Shown here in pieces: positions 50,840 through 64,000 of a DNA stretch of 64,000 nt. A model generated the notes under the pieces. That model did no database searches, was not told the DNA's origin, and was given only the letters and a program-made list of their open reading frames with translations. The position numbers were made by a program, and so were the translations under genes. Every line of letters begins with the position of its first letter. The first letter of the stretch is position 1. Origin of the DNA: Malacoraja senta (taxonomy: Eukaryota); assembly GCA_038087875.1 (NCBI GenBank), contig CM075995.1:8434001-8498000 (forward strand), read 5' to 3'.

Positions 50840-53305
50840 GTCTCAGAGGAGACAAATAGGTTTTTTCCATTTAGTTTAGTTCAGAGATACAGTGAGATAC
50901 AGGAGCTGTGCCCTGTACATTTAAGATAATCTAACACTGCTATCTTGGCTGGCTCCTGTTTGACCATTGACCTTGTGAATCAGTAACCTACAGGAGGCTG
51001 AAGGTTGATTTGTACTTCGCATTCCTTTTAGCTTGTTTTAAAAATATATATACAGCGCTGAAACTGGCCCTTCGGCCCATCGAGCCCGCACTGAACGGTG
51101 CTCCCCACACCTTAACTACCCACCACACACCCGGGACTACTAACAATTGGCTTGGTAAATGTAATAGTGGATAGTGTAATATGCAGGGGTTGCTGGTCGG
51201 GCACGGCCTCGGTGGGCCGAAGGCCTGTCCGCACTGTATCTTTATCTCTAAACATTTACACCAAGCCAATCAACCTACAAACCTGCACGTCTTTGGAGTG
51301 TGGGAGGAAACCGAAGATCTCGGAGAAAACCCACGCAGGTCACGGGGAGAACGTACAAACTACGAAGAGACAGCACCCGTAGTCGGATGGAACCCGGGTC
51401 TCTGGGCGCCGTGAGGCAGCAACTCTACCGCTGCGCCACCGTGCCGGCCGTGACAATGAAGCTGAGGAAATATTATATAAATAGAACCGCTCGAATAGTG
51501 ACTTCTATATGGGCTGGGTAATTTGCAAAAGAAAAGCTTAAGGTTTTCCTGACTAAATAAAGTACGGGGAGTCACACAGGGAAAGATGAATCAAAGCATG
51601 GAGGCCTGAACCTGAACCGGCTTAGCTTAGTTTATTGCTTTGAGGCAATTGTATCGCTGGAGGAAATTGTATTTGGTATGATTGTGCTTGGAGAATGGAT
51701 AGCTGAATAGGGGCGTCTTCTTAGGCCAGAGGTCAACTCTTTTCTCTCTGGTACAATCTTAGGCTATGAGGTTTGTGCTGAGTTTGAGATAGAATTCAAG
51801 GCTGAGAGATAATAGGCCCTGTAGTTAGCCTTGGCTATGTTGAATTAGGATATATGTGAAGAGGAGTAGTTGCTTGGAGAAGAAGATAATTTGATTGATG
51901 GATTTGTTTATAGGAAGTCGAAGAAGCAGATGTAATTCTGAGTTGTGAATTTACGCTTTGTTCTGTAATATTTGTAAAAGACCTTGTAGTGAGATTGGAC
52001 ATCCAGCTACCAGATAGCAGGAAAGGGGCTCCAAATTAGAATTCAGTTTCTCCTGGTACCAAACACTTATTAACTAAGTTGACAGATTTACGACCCATGT
52101 ATGCTTGGTTGGGATGTGTATGGGTTTTGAACTTAGAAACTGTAATTCAGCAAACTTATATAATTAATGTTTTAAATACATATGTAATAGTGAAATTGTA
52201 GTAAAACAAATTATGAAATAATAATAATAATAATGAATTTTATTTACGGGCGCCTTATACCGAGGTGTCAAGGACACCTTACAGAGATTTATAGGAAACA
52301 TATAATCAGAATTTAAAAAATAAGTTATAAAGACCAATACACAAATCAGGGACAGAATTCCTTCCAAAAAGACAAAAAAAGAAAATCAGAAGCACAATTT
52401 GAGGAGAGAGCAGCGGCAACGAAACCGCGCCAGCGTCCACTCTCCCCTCCGACCGCCATCTTGAAATGTATTGTCTTAGTAGGAATGTAAACATTAGACA
52501 TAGAAATTGTTTAGATTTATAGAAATATCTTTCTTCTTGGTATGGGAAGTGTGTATGACGTGTGATCATTGTATTATATATGTATCTTATATTTTGAGGA
52601 GTGGTCTTTGATAATTGGGCCTACTGGGGTTTTGCTTTGTTGAAATAAAATAAGCAAAGTTATACCACAGGCAAAGGAAGGTTGTAAAGAGGCCAGGGAA
52701 GGGGGATCATGTGACTGATGTTGTAAATCACCAGAAGGACTCAGATGATTGGTTACTAGCTTGTCATACCCTCTGTATCTGAAATGTCTAATACCTATAT
52801 AAATGCCATGAGTTTCTATCAAAGTTATTCCTCTCTGGACCCGCCCCAGAGCATCAGCTCTGTGTTGGAAGGTTCAAGAGACTAGTCTCAGCTGAATAAA
52901 GAATCAATTTCAACAGCAACAAGTGTTTTGAGTCAAGTTGACGTTAGATTGACAAAAGAACTCAGTTTAACAAAGCATCGTTACTTTTTTGCATATCTTT
53001 CATTTATTGTTCTCTATCTCTCTACATCATCGTCTATATCTCTCGTTTCCCTTATCCCGAACTAGTCTGAAGACCCGAAACGTCGCCCATTCCTTCTCTC
53101 CAGAGATGCGGCCCACTGAATTACTCCAGCATTTTGTGCCTGCTCTAAGAAAGCTTTTGCAGGAAGGAACTGCAGATGCTGGTTTAAACCGATGATAGAC
53201 ACAGAGTGCTGGAGTAACTCAGCGGGTCAGGCAGCATCTCTGGAGAAAAGGCATAGTCCGGTTTAGTTTATTGTACCGAGGTAAAGTGAAAAGCTTTGTG
53301 TCAAG

Positions 53306-53975
53306 TCCCCTAATTTGAGGAAGGACATTCTTGCTATTGAGGGAGTGCAGCGTAGGTTTACAAGGTTAATTCCCGGGATGGCGGGACTGTCATATGCTGA
53401 GAGAATGGAGCAGCTGGGCTTGTATACTCTGGAGTTTAGAAGGATGAGAGAGGATCTGAATGAAACATATAAGATTATTAAGGGTTTGGACACGCTAGAG
53501 GCAGGAAACATGTTCCCGATGTTGGGGGAGTCCAGAACCAGGGGCCACAGTTTAAGAATAAGGGGTAAGCCATTTAAAACGGAGACGAGGAAACACTTTT
53601 TCTCACAGAGAGTTGTGAGTCTGTGGAGTTCTCTGCCTCAGAGGGCGGTGGAGGCCGGTTCTCTGGATGCTTTCAAGAGAGAGCTAGATAGGGCTCTTAA
53701 AAATAGCGGACTCAGGGGATATGGGGAGAAGGCAGGAACGGGGTACTGATTGGGGATGATCAGCCATGATCACAGTAAATGGCGGTGCTGGCTTGAAGGG
53801 CCGAATGGCCTACTCCTGCACCTATTGTCTATTGTCTATCAGCCATGATCACATTGAATGTCAGTGCTGGCTAGAAGGGCCGAATAGCCTACTCCTGCAT
53901 CTATTGTCTATTGTCCATCAGCCATGATCACAGTAAATGGCGGTGCTGGCTAGAAGGGCCGAATAGCCTATTGTC
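53306..53975 (+). mobile_element. CR1 3' fragment with triplicated 3' terminus
   Basis: ORF 53315-53749; the terminal segment recurs at 53761, 53840 and 53919. Confidence 0.94.
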
Positions 53976-56067
53976 TCTTGTGTGCTATCCAGTCGGCGGA
54001 AAGTCTGTACATGATTGCAATCGAGCCATTCACAGTGCGTGACCTTCAGGTGAGGTTTCGGGTTGAGACCCTCCTTCAGACCCCTCCCTCTAAATAAGCT
54101 TCCTCCTGCTCACTGTAAAAGTATGCCGTCTAGTATTTGCTTTTTCCACCCTGCGAAGAAGGTTCTGACTGTCTGCCCTATCTATGCCCCCCCCCCCCCC
54201 ACAGTTTTATATACTTCTCCCAGGTCTCCCCGCGACCTCTGGCATTCCAGAGCGAACAATCCAAGCTCTGTCCAACCTCTCCCTGTAGCTCATACTCCCT
54301 GGTGAAAGACACCGAGTGCTGGAGTAACTCAGTGGGTCAGGCACCATTTCTGGAGAAGAAGGATGAGTGACGTTTCAGGTCAGACCCTTCTTCAGACACT
54401 TCATTCATTCCGGTAGACCTCCTCTGCTCTTGTCGACCCCATCCTTCCTGTCATGGGGGCGACAAGAACCGCACGCAATACACCAAATGCGGCCTGACCA
54501 AAGTCCTACAGAGCTGCATCATGACGTCCTGAATGTTATAATCTATATGCCTTGACCAATGAAGGCAAGCATACCTATGCCTTCTTTACCATTCATGGAG
54601 TCAGAGGTGGAAACAGGCCCTTCAGCCCAACTTGTCCACGCCGGCCAACATGTCCCCAGCTACACTAGTCCCACCTGCCTGCTCTTGGTCCATATCCCTC
54701 CAAACCTGTCTGATCCATGTACCTGTCTAACTGTTTCTTAAACATTGCGATAGTGCCTGCCTCAACTACCTCCTCTGGCAGCTCGTTCCATACACCCACC
54801 ACCCTTCCATTTACTTATCCTGCCACTTTCAGGAAGCTCATGACTTGGACCCCAAGATCCCTCTGCACGGGGCAGTCACGGTGGCGCAGCGGTAGAGTCG
54901 CTGCCTTACAGCGAAAAAGCAGCGCCGGAGACCCGGGTTCGATCCCCACTATGGGCACTGTCTGTAGGTTCTCCCCTTGACCTGCGTGGGTTTTCTCCGA
55001 TATCTTCAGTTTCCACCCACACTCCAAAGACGTACAGGTTTGTAGGTTAATTGGCTCGGTAAATGTAAAAATTGTCCCCAGTGTGTGCAGGATAGTGTTA
55101 ATGTGCGGTGATCGCTGGTCAGCGCGGACTCGGTGGGCCGAAGGGCCTGTTTCCGCGCTGTATCTCTAAAACTAAAACTAAAACACATCAATGTTGTTCA
55201 GGATGTTGACATCAATTGTATATTTTCCTATCACATTTGACCTCCCTAAGTGCACCAGTATCCAGCATTCTATGTGTACCTTCGTTTTAAAGCAGCATCT
55301 GCAGTTCCTTCCTACACCTTTGAATAGACCTCGGTTATTGACAGATTATATCCCCAACAATAAATGGGCGGAAATTTTCAAAATTCGTTATTTAAGAATT
55401 CAAAGCCTGAGTAGACCAAGTATTATTCAGTACTCCACGAGTAGCCGGCAGAGCCACTGCCTCACAACGCCAGAGACACAGGTTCGATCCTGATCTCGGC
55501 TGGTGTCCATGCGGAGTTTGCACGTTCTCAACGAGACCGCCTGGGTTTCCTTCAGGTTCTCCGATTTCTTCAGATATGCGTCAATTGCCCGTACCTCTGG
55601 AAATTGCCCCTAGTGAGTAGGGAGTGGATGAGAAAGCGGGATAACGTAGAACTAGTGTGAACGGGCGATCGATGGTAAACGTGGACTCAGTGGACTGAAG
55701 GGCCCATTTCCATTCGGTGTCTTTTCGTTTACTTTAGCTGAGTTTCGAGATACAGCATGGAAAGGGCCCTTCGGCCCACTGAGTTCACACTGACCAGCGA
55801 TCATCTCATACACTAGTTCTATCCCACACGTTAGGAACAATTTTACAGAAGCCAATTAACCTACAAACCTGCACGTCTTTGAAGTGCAGAAAGAAACGGG
55901 AGCACCCGGAGAAAACCCACGCAGGTCACATGCAAACTCCGTACAGGCAGCGGCCGTGGTCAGGATGGAACCCGGGTCTCTGGCGCTGCGAGGCGGCAAC
56001 TCTACCGCTGCGCCACCACGCCGAGTTGAGTCCCTCAATTCTCAAATGTTGAGTGGCAAAAACTCAC

Positions 56068-56268
56068 CAATCGATTAAATCCTCCATGAATGATGCAAAA
56101 GCCACCCTGATAATCGGACAGTTCGGCAAAGCCTTCGATGTTTTTGTAGTCATAGGAACATGCAACTTTATTCGTGGTGGCGTCAATCTGATCTATCCCT
56201 CCTGGAGTCACTTCAAGGACCACCAGCTTTCTTGTATCTGTCCAGTGGTGCTTGTAACAGTTATAGCG
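56068..56268 (-). CDS. DNAJC13: DNAJC13 coding exon
   Basis: [67 protein letters not shown]; ccag| and |GTGAG; 201 bp. Confidence 0.97.
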
Positions 56269-57128
56269 CTGGAGAGAGAGAAAGCAGAGCAGTTCTTCTC
56301 AATACAGATACAATCAACAGCAGACACCGGCTTACAAAAAGACAGAGTGCTGGAGTAACTCACTCAGCGGGTGGCAAGGCAGCATCCCTGGAGATTATAT
56401 TCCGAGGATATAGACCAGAATAAAAGGACATATCTTTAGAAAGGTTCCATATCTGAGGAAGGATGTGCTGGCTCTGGAGAGGGTCCAGAGGAGGTTTACG
56501 AGAATGATCCCAGGAATGAGTGGGTTAAGATATGATGAGCGTTTGACGGCACTGGGCCTGTACTGCTGGGGTTTAGAAGGATGAGGGGGTAACTCATTGA
56601 AACTTACCGAATAGTGAAAGGCCTGGGTAGAGTGGATGTGGAGAGGATGTTTCCACTAGTGGGAGAGTCTAGGACCAGAGGGCACAGCCTCAGAATTAAA
56701 GGACGCACCTTTAGAGAGAAGAGGAGGAGGAATTTCTTTCGGCGGAGGGAATCTGTGGAATTCATTGCCACAGAAGGTTGTGGAGGCCAAGTCAATGGGT
56801 ATTTTTAAGGTGGAGAGGAGATTGAAAGATTCCTGATCAGTACGAGTCTCAGGGGTTATATGGAGAGGGCAGGAGAATGGAGTTAGGAGGGGGAGATGGG
56901 GCAGCCATGATGGAATGGCGTGGTAGACTTGATGGGCCGATTGGCCTAATTCTGCTGCTACAACTTGTGAATTTATGAACGTATAAACCACAACATGCCC
57001 CGGACTAAGGACAGCAGTCAACCAATTTGGCAAGTGACAGTGCAATACCAAAGAGCGATCTGGAAAGGGTGTGGATTGCAGTGAGACGCATGAAGAGAGT
57101 TATGACTTTGGGAAGGTGGTACAAGTCT

Positions 57129-57631
57129 TTTTCTTTTTAAAATATTTTTATTTTATTAGAAGTACGTACAGTAATATGGCACCAAAGTGCCTCATATATA
57201 TTGGCAGGTTACATTTTATGTACGGCTTCTTTTCTTTCTTTTTTTAATAATGAAAGAGAGAAAGAGAGAATAGATAATAAAAAATAGAAACATGTGTGAT
57301 GTATGGTGTGTGAAAAGGAAAAAGGGGGGAAAGAGGGAAAGTGGAGGAAAAAAAAGGAGAGAGTAAGAGAAAGAATAGAGAGTAGGAAATTATAGATGGT
57401 TATTTATATTCTTGACCATCCTTCACCCAGTCCTGAAACAATTAGCTTCTACGATTTTGTTGCACCATATGCTTCCAAAAAGTCGATAAATGGAGACCAA
57501 CTCATTAAGAATTGGTCTGATTTATCTATTAGGAGGAATCGCATTTCTTCAAGATGTGCGGTGTCCAACATGTTTGAAATCCACATTTTAAGCGTTGGTA
57601 TGGGTGTATTTTTTCCAAAATTTAAGTATAA
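57129..57631 (-). mobile_element. L1-clade LINE 3' fragment
   Basis: Minus strand ILKFWKNTPIPTLKMWISNM...EEMRF...FLMSWSPFIDFL, an A-rich tail, and a 17-bp TSD gaaggtggt(a/c)caagtct at 57112-57128 and 57632-57648. Confidence 0.88.
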
Positions 57632-59452
57632 GAAGGTGGTCCAAGTCTGACAGTGAAGTTTCAGATGTCAATAGAAGACATACCTAATATTTAATTTTAA
57701 TTTTTGTTTTAATTTGACTGGCTCTTGTACATGATCGTGTAATTGTTTATGGCTACACAGTGCGTACCAAGAGTCAAGAGTGTTTTATTGTCATATGCGG
57801 GATGGCGGGACTGTCATCCGCTGAGAGAATGGAGCGGCTGGGCTTGTACACTCTGGAGTTTAGAAGGATGAGAGGGGATCGTATTGAAACATATAAGATT
57901 GTTAAGGGCTTGGACGCGCTAGAGGCAGGAAACATGTTCCCGATGTTGGGGGAAGTCCAGAACCAGGGGCCACACACAGTTTAAGAATAAGGGGTAAGCC
58001 ATTTAGAACGGAGACGAGGACACACTTTTTCCTCACAGAGAGTGGTGAGTCTGTGGAATTCTCTGCCTAGGTTCATGTGATAGGAGCAGAATTAGGCCAT
58101 CGTCTACTCCGCCATTCAATCACGGCTGATCTATCTCTCCCCCTCAACCCCATTCTCCTGCCTTCTCCCCATAACCCCTGACACTCGTACTAATCAAGAA
58201 TCTATCTATCACTCCTTAAAAATATCCATTGACTTGGCCTCCTCAGCCGTCAGATTCACCACCCTCTGACTAAAGAAATTCCTCCTCCTCATCCCCTTCC
58301 TAGAGGAGCATCCTTCAATTCTGAGGCTATGCCCTGTGGTCCTAGACTCTCCCACTAGTGGACACATCCTCTCCACATCCACTCCATCCAGGCCGATGTA
58401 GTTCCACATAGTCCAGAGCTTATTTGGAGATGATCGTGTTTCATAGCCTGATAGCGGTAGTCAACTCCAGAAACAATATTGCCAGAGGAAACAAATTAAT
58501 AACATTCAGATACGAAAGAACTTTATTTATCCCAGGAGGGAAATTGGTCTGCCAACAGTCATAGAAACATAGAAAATAGGTGCATTCGGTCCATGGGAGG
58601 GATGGAAGTAGATGGGATAACGGGAAGAATGAGTGTAAGCGAAGGCCAGGGAGGGGAACACAGGAAAGAGGGCGGGAGGTATTGCGGAGTTTGCACGTTC
58701 TCCCCGTGACCACGTGGGTACAATACACAAGTATGCAAAGGGTCGCCGCGTATAGGGCGCTGAGAGAGTTATAAAAGTATTCAGTATAGTCCGGATGGTC
58801 CCTCCTCCTCCTCTCCCTCCCCTCCACACCGGGTCCATCTTTCAATATGATCATGGCTGATCATCCAACTCAGTATCCTGTACCTGCCTTCTCTCCATAC
58901 CCCCTGATCCCTTTAGCCACAAGGGCCACATCTAACTCCCTCTTAAATATAGCCAATGAACTGGCCTCAACTACTTTCTGTGGCAGAGAATTCCACAGAT
59001 TCACCACTCTCTGTGTTAAAAAAAAAATAATCTCATCTCGGTCCTAAAAGACTTCCCCCTTATCCTTAAACTGTGACCCCTTGTTCTGGACTTCCCCAAC
59101 ATCGGGAACAATCTTCCTGCATCTAGCCTGTCCACCCCCTTAAGAATTTTGTAAGTTTCTATAAGATCCCCCCCTCAATCTTCTAAATTCTAGCGAGTAC
59201 AAGCCGAGAAAACACAAAAAACACACGATACACGAAACATGAAATTAAAGTGAAGCTGTTAAGATGCCTTTTTATTAAAAAAAAGTACCCTGGAAGACTG
59301 AAAAACGTTTAACATTGTCATAGATACGGCGGGTTTGAAATTGAGGTTATGAGTTAAATAATGGTATTTTAAAATACTCAACTATATCTTATTCAAGGGC
59401 ATTAAAAATTCATCACAGCCAAAAGTTCTTAAGAGCATAACTGGTGATTTAC

Positions 59453-59494
59453 CTTTCCAGTGATTTTTCCCTCCGAAAACTCGGCCCGGAACCG
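59453..59494 (-). CDS. DNAJC13: DNAJC13 coding exon (42 bp, first seen in the window)
   Basis: RFRAEFSEGKITGK versus human RFRTDFSEGKITGR; ctacag| and |GTAAA. Confidence 0.93.
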
Positions 59495-59635
59495 CTGTAG
59501 AAATGAAAAGAAAGTTGATAAATTATCGAGCAAATGAAATATAGAAGTACATTTATCTTTCACAACCAAGCAAAATATCAGATGGAAGAGATACAATGAA
59601 TAGTTGACAGACAAAGTGGCAGCTTCTTCACTGCA

Positions 59636-60374
59636 TAGACAATAGGTGCAGGAGTAGGTCATTCGGCCCTTCGAGCCAGCACCGCCATTCAATGTGATCA
59701 TGGCTGATCATCCCCAATCAGTACCCCGTTCCTGCCTTCTCCCCATGTCCTCTGACTCCACTATCTTTAAGAGCCCTATCTAGCTCTCTCTTGAAAGTAT
59801 CCAGAGAACCGGCCTCCACCGCCCTCTGAGGCAGAGAATTCCACAGACTCACCACTCTCTGTGAGAAAAAGTGTTCCTCGTCTCCGTTCTAAATGGTTTA
59901 CCCCTTATTTTGAAACTGTGGTCCCTGGTTCTGGACTCCCCCAACATCAAGTCAAGTCAAGTTTATTCATCACATACACGTATAAGATGTGCAGTGAAAT
60001 GAAAAGTGGCAATGCTTGCGGATTGTGCAAAACAAACTACAAAACAGAATGGAACAGAATCACATATTCACATATTACATATTTGTGGGAGGAAAAAAAA
60101 GAAAAAACAGCAATTTTAAAAACACACCACACAACCGTAAATTGGTACAGTAAGCTAGTCCCTGGTGAGATAGGAGTTTACAGTCCTAATGGCCTCTGGA
60201 ACATGTTTCCTGCATCTAGCGTGTCCAAACCCTTAATAATCTTATATGTTTCAATAAGATCCCCTCTCATTCTTCTAAACTCCAGAGTATACAAGCCCAG
60301 CTGCTCCATTCTCTCAGCATATGACAGTCCCGCCATCCCGGGAATTAACCTTGTAAATCTACGCTGCACTCCCT
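59636..60374 (-). mobile_element. CR1 3' fragment with a nested Rex1-type 3' tail (about 59948-60197)
   Basis: CR1 sequence is interrupted at ccaacat and resumes at ggaacatgtttcc. Confidence 0.88.
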
Positions 60375-61409
60375 TAACAGAGGATAAATTGTCAATGTCT
60401 GAGATAGATTACATTTTTACATATTCTGATTGACATTTTCCCCCCTCGAGGCCGAGATCACCTTCACTCAACATTTAAAAACGACCGGCTTCAACTGATG
60501 ATGACACAATGGCTCGGCTGGCAGTGATCAGCCTCACTGAAGATTTCATCCTATATTTCATGTTATTCGCGATTAAAGCTTTAAAAATGCCAACTTTCAC
60601 AAGATTTTTTTTTACTGTTAAAATCATTCCTGTCGGCTTCCAACACACTTTGATCCAATGTTGCGACACAGGAACACTCTGAACTTTTCACCTCACAGGA
60701 GGGGGAGGGCAAATTGCTGTAGCAACACGCAGGGCAAGTCCAACTGGGGGCTATGGGTAGGGAACGGGTGCATTGGAGGGGGGGGGGGGGGGGTCTGCAC
60801 TTGTCTAGTATCCACTATTTGCCTGAAATAGAGTTCCACATTCTAACTGCTGCCAGAGTTGTTTCCAGAATACTCAGTGGCACAGAAACAGCCTCTTTCG
60901 CCCAACTTGTCCGTGCCAAATAAAATGCCCCATCTAAAATAATCCCATTTGCCTGTGTTTGGCCCACAGTCCTTTTTTTTAAAGTTTAGAGATACACCAT
61001 GGAAACAGGCCCTTCGGCCCACCGAATCCCACGCCGACCAATGATAGACAAAAGACAATAGGTGCAGGAGTAGGCCATTCGGCCCTTCGAGCCAGTGCCG
61101 CGTTCACACTAGCTATCCCACTACGCTCTCCCACTACATCTCCTTAGAAGGTCCTCTTTAAAAAAATCTTGCCCCGAACAAAGTATTGAATGCCTGGAAC
61201 GCTAGGCTTGGTGGTGGAGGCATTTAAGAGACTTTTGGATGGGCACATGGATATGCAGGGAAGTGGGATACGGATCACGTGCAGGCAGCACCCATGGTCA
61301 GGATCGAACACGGGTCTCTGGCGTTGGAAGGCAGCAAATATATCGCTGCGCCACTGTGCCACCATTAGACGGGGGGTTCATGAAACGACAGATACAAAAC
61401 AGACAGGAA

Positions 61410-62040
61410 AACGCAATGCTAGCATTTATTTCAAGAGGGCTTGTATACAAAAACAGGGATGTAATGCTGAGGCTCTATAAGGCGCTGGTCAGGGCGCATT
61501 TGGAATATTTTGAGCAGTTTTGGGCCCCATATCTGAGGAAGGATGTGCTGGCTCTGGAGAGGGTCCAGAGGAGGTTTACAAGAATGATCCCAGGAATGAG
61601 TGGGTTAACATATGATGAGCGTTTGTCGGCGCTGGGTCTGTACTCGCTGGAGTTTAGAATAATGAGGGGGGACCTCATTGAAATTTACCGAATAGTGAAA
61701 GGCCTGGATAGAGTGGATGTGGAGAGGTTGTTTCCACCAGTGCGAGAGTCTAGGACCAGAGGTCACAGCCTCAGAATTAAAGGACGCTCTTTTAGGAAGG
61801 AAATGAGCAGGAATTTCTTTAGTCAGAGGGTGGTTAATCTGTGGAATTCTTTGCCACAGAAGGCTGTCAGTGATATTTTTAAGGCAGAGATAGATAGATT
61901 CTTGATTAGTACGGGTGTCAGAGGTTATGGGGAGAAGGCAGGAGAATGGTGTTAGGGGGGAGAGATTTATCAGCCATGATTGAATGGCGGAGTAGACTTG
62001 ATGGGCCGAATGGCCTAATTTTACACCCTATCACTTTTGA
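61410..62040 (+). mobile_element. CR1 3' fragment (another subfamily)
   Basis: NAMLAFISRGLVYKNRDVMLRLYKALVRAHLEY...RKDVLALERVQRRFTRMIPG. Confidence 0.94.
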
Positions 62041-63244
62041 CCACAGCAGTAGAATAAGATATGTAGAAATAGGATATGTGGAGAGAGATAGATAGGGCTC
62101 TTAAAAATAGCGGAGTCAGGGGATATGGGGAGAAAGCAGGAACGGGGTACTGATTGGGGATGATCAGCCATGATCACATTGAATGGCGGTGCTGGCTCGA
62201 AGGGTCAAATGGCCTACTCCTGCGCCTATTGTTTATTGTCTATTGTCTAAATACAGTCGAAGTTTGTATAGAGGGAAAGAATGACAAGGTTTTCATTTTG
62301 AGTAGACATAACAGACAGATTGAGGGAAATCAAGGACAGTACGCACGAACTGTGGATGTCATTTGGCAAGACGGGCTGGGAAAGGAAAATAATTTGCTAA
62401 CGAGGGCTCAATTATCTCAGCAGACACCGCAGAAGCTACTGCTGATTACCCAGTCAGACATTGTCTCAATAGTCCCGTGAAATCTGGGCCGTTTGACAAC
62501 CATATGCCTTCAGGGTGAAGTACACTCGAGCACTTAACAGCTCCGGAGTCTGCTGGCATTTAACATTGTAACAGCAGCAGACAATCTACCATGGAAGTTT
62601 AAGAATAAGGAGTAGCCATCTAGAACGCAGACCAGGAAACACTTTATCACACAGAGAGTGGTGAGTTTGTGGAATTCTCTGCCTCAGAGGGCGGTGGAGG
62701 CCGGTTCTCTGGATGCTTTCAAGAGAGAGCTAGATAGGGCTCTTAAAGATAGTGGAGTCAGGGGATATGGGGAGAAGGCAGGAACGGGGGTACCGATTGG
62801 GGATGATCAGCCATGATCACATTGAATGGCGGTGCTGGCTCGAAGGGCCGAATGGCCTACTCCTGCACCTATTGTCTATTGTCTATTACACTAGTCCCAC
62901 CTGCCTCTGTTTGGCCCATATCCCAGGCAGTGAAGAAAGCGAATGGCATGTCGGCCTTCATAACAAGAGGAGTTGAGTATAGGAGCAAAGAGGCTATTGG
63001 ATGCTCGTGCAGGCTTAATTGTGAGCAACTTAAAATTTATCAAGGTGTCCGTTCCCCCCTCCCCCCCCCCTTCTCCCCCCAGGAAAGTCAGATTAAAAAA
63101 AGGTTTCAAGTCAGAGTAAGAGATAGAGTGTGGAAAAAAACCCACTCATATGCATTCACCCCACTGTCTTCATAATGGTCCCACGTAACTTGCCTCAAGA
63201 TGCCACCATTCACCTATAGAGTGGGGGCACATTTGTGGCTAATA

Positions 63245-63680
63245 CGATATGATTCGATAGAACTTTATTTATCCCAGGAGGGAAATTGATCTGCCAACAG
63301 TCATAAAAACACAAGATACTCGAAACATGGAATTAAAGTGACGAGTGGAAAGGATTGGGGATGTGGGGAGGGGGTAGGGTGGTGGGGGAAGGGGTCAGTC
63401 TCAGTCTACCCCACGACAGAAGGGGTTGGAGTTGTACAGTTTGATAGCCACAGGGAAGAAGGATCTCCTGTGGCGTTCTGTGCTGCATCTTGGTGGAACC
63501 AGTCTGTTGCTGAAGGTGCTCCTCAGGTTGACCAGTGTGTCACGGAGGGGGTGAGCTGTTTTGTCCAGGATGCTCCACAGTTTGAGGAGCATCCTCCCCT
63601 CCGAGACCAACTTCCTGTGAATCCAACTCCAACTCCGCCCCCAGGACGGAGCCGGCCTTTCTGATGGGCTTGTTAATCCT
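63245..63680 (-). mobile_element. Rex1/L2-like LINE 3' fragment
   Basis: SILDKTAHPLRDTL...RLVPPRCSTERHRRSFFPVAIKLYN. Confidence 0.8.
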
Positions 63681-63708
63681 GTTAACAAAGGGATTCTTTA
63701 CCCCACCG

Positions 63709-63746
63709 TAGGTCTGAAGAAGGGTTTCGACCTGAAACGTTGCCTA
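63709..63746 (+). ncRNA. Minimal type I hammerhead ribozyme motif (Penelope type)
   Basis: TAGGT-CTGAAGA-A-GGGT(TTCG)ACCT-GAAA-CGTT-GCCTA: 5-bp stem I, conserved core, stem II with UUCG loop and palindromic ACGT stem III. Confidence 0.72.
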
Positions 63747-64000
63747 TTTCCTTCGCTCCATTGATGCTGCCTCACCCGCTGAGTTTCTCCAGCAATTTTG
63801 TCTACCACCGTAGCCCACCAGGTCCTCACCGACCAGCGATCCCGGTACACTAAAGCCCCTGTCCCACTTACGTATCCTTGGCACGCTAATTACATGACGT
63901 CGTGGTCGCGTTGAGGCGCGACGGTCCCGCGAAGGACGCGCGCGACTTCATGCGTCCGCACAGCTGTCTGGAGCGCGTGACGTCATTTGAAGATGGACAC

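Noticed and set aside
51450..52200. Nuclear mitochondrial insertion suggested by strand skew
   Set aside because: No recognisable mitochondrial protein, rRNA or tRNA sequence.
59495..64000. Next upstream DNAJC13 exon (WPYGDI...TEAL) in unique stretches such as 60480-60700 and 62250-62590
   Set aside because: No matching translation was found by eye; the exon is probably beyond the window.

Overview
Repeat-dense vertebrate genomic DNA, very probably from a cartilaginous fish (skate/ray-like; inferred from HE1-type V-SINEs and their CR1/HER1-type partner LINEs). Two spliced genes lie on the minus strand. Twelve consecutive early coding exons of DNAJC13/RME-8 span 59494 to 22271, and six consecutive middle exons of TOPBP1 span 18747 to 3299. 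A 200-N scaffold gap (20502-20701) separates them, and the rest of DNAJC13 and the start of TOPBP1 are absent. The introns hold many CR1 3' fragments, HE1-like SINEs, Rex1/Babar, L1 and Penelope fragments, Harbinger- and hAT-like MITEs, a solo LTR, microsatellites and one full-length decayed Ty3/Gypsy element (30484-35106). Most notable: (1) the Gypsy primer-binding site is a 49-nt copy of the whole 3' half of tRNA-Leu(CAA), fused directly onto a gag that lacks its start; (2) Penelope-derived palindromic elements carry minimal hammerhead ribozyme cores, and a 66-bp satellite derives from them; (3) an in-frame 99-bp duplication copies a DNAJC13 exon end and its splice donor; (4) DNAJC13 and TOPBP1 are juxtaposed in phase across a gap inside collinear CR1 sequence. 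Four +1 frameshifts in exons are most likely sequencing errors. All homology calls are by recognition; no searches were run.
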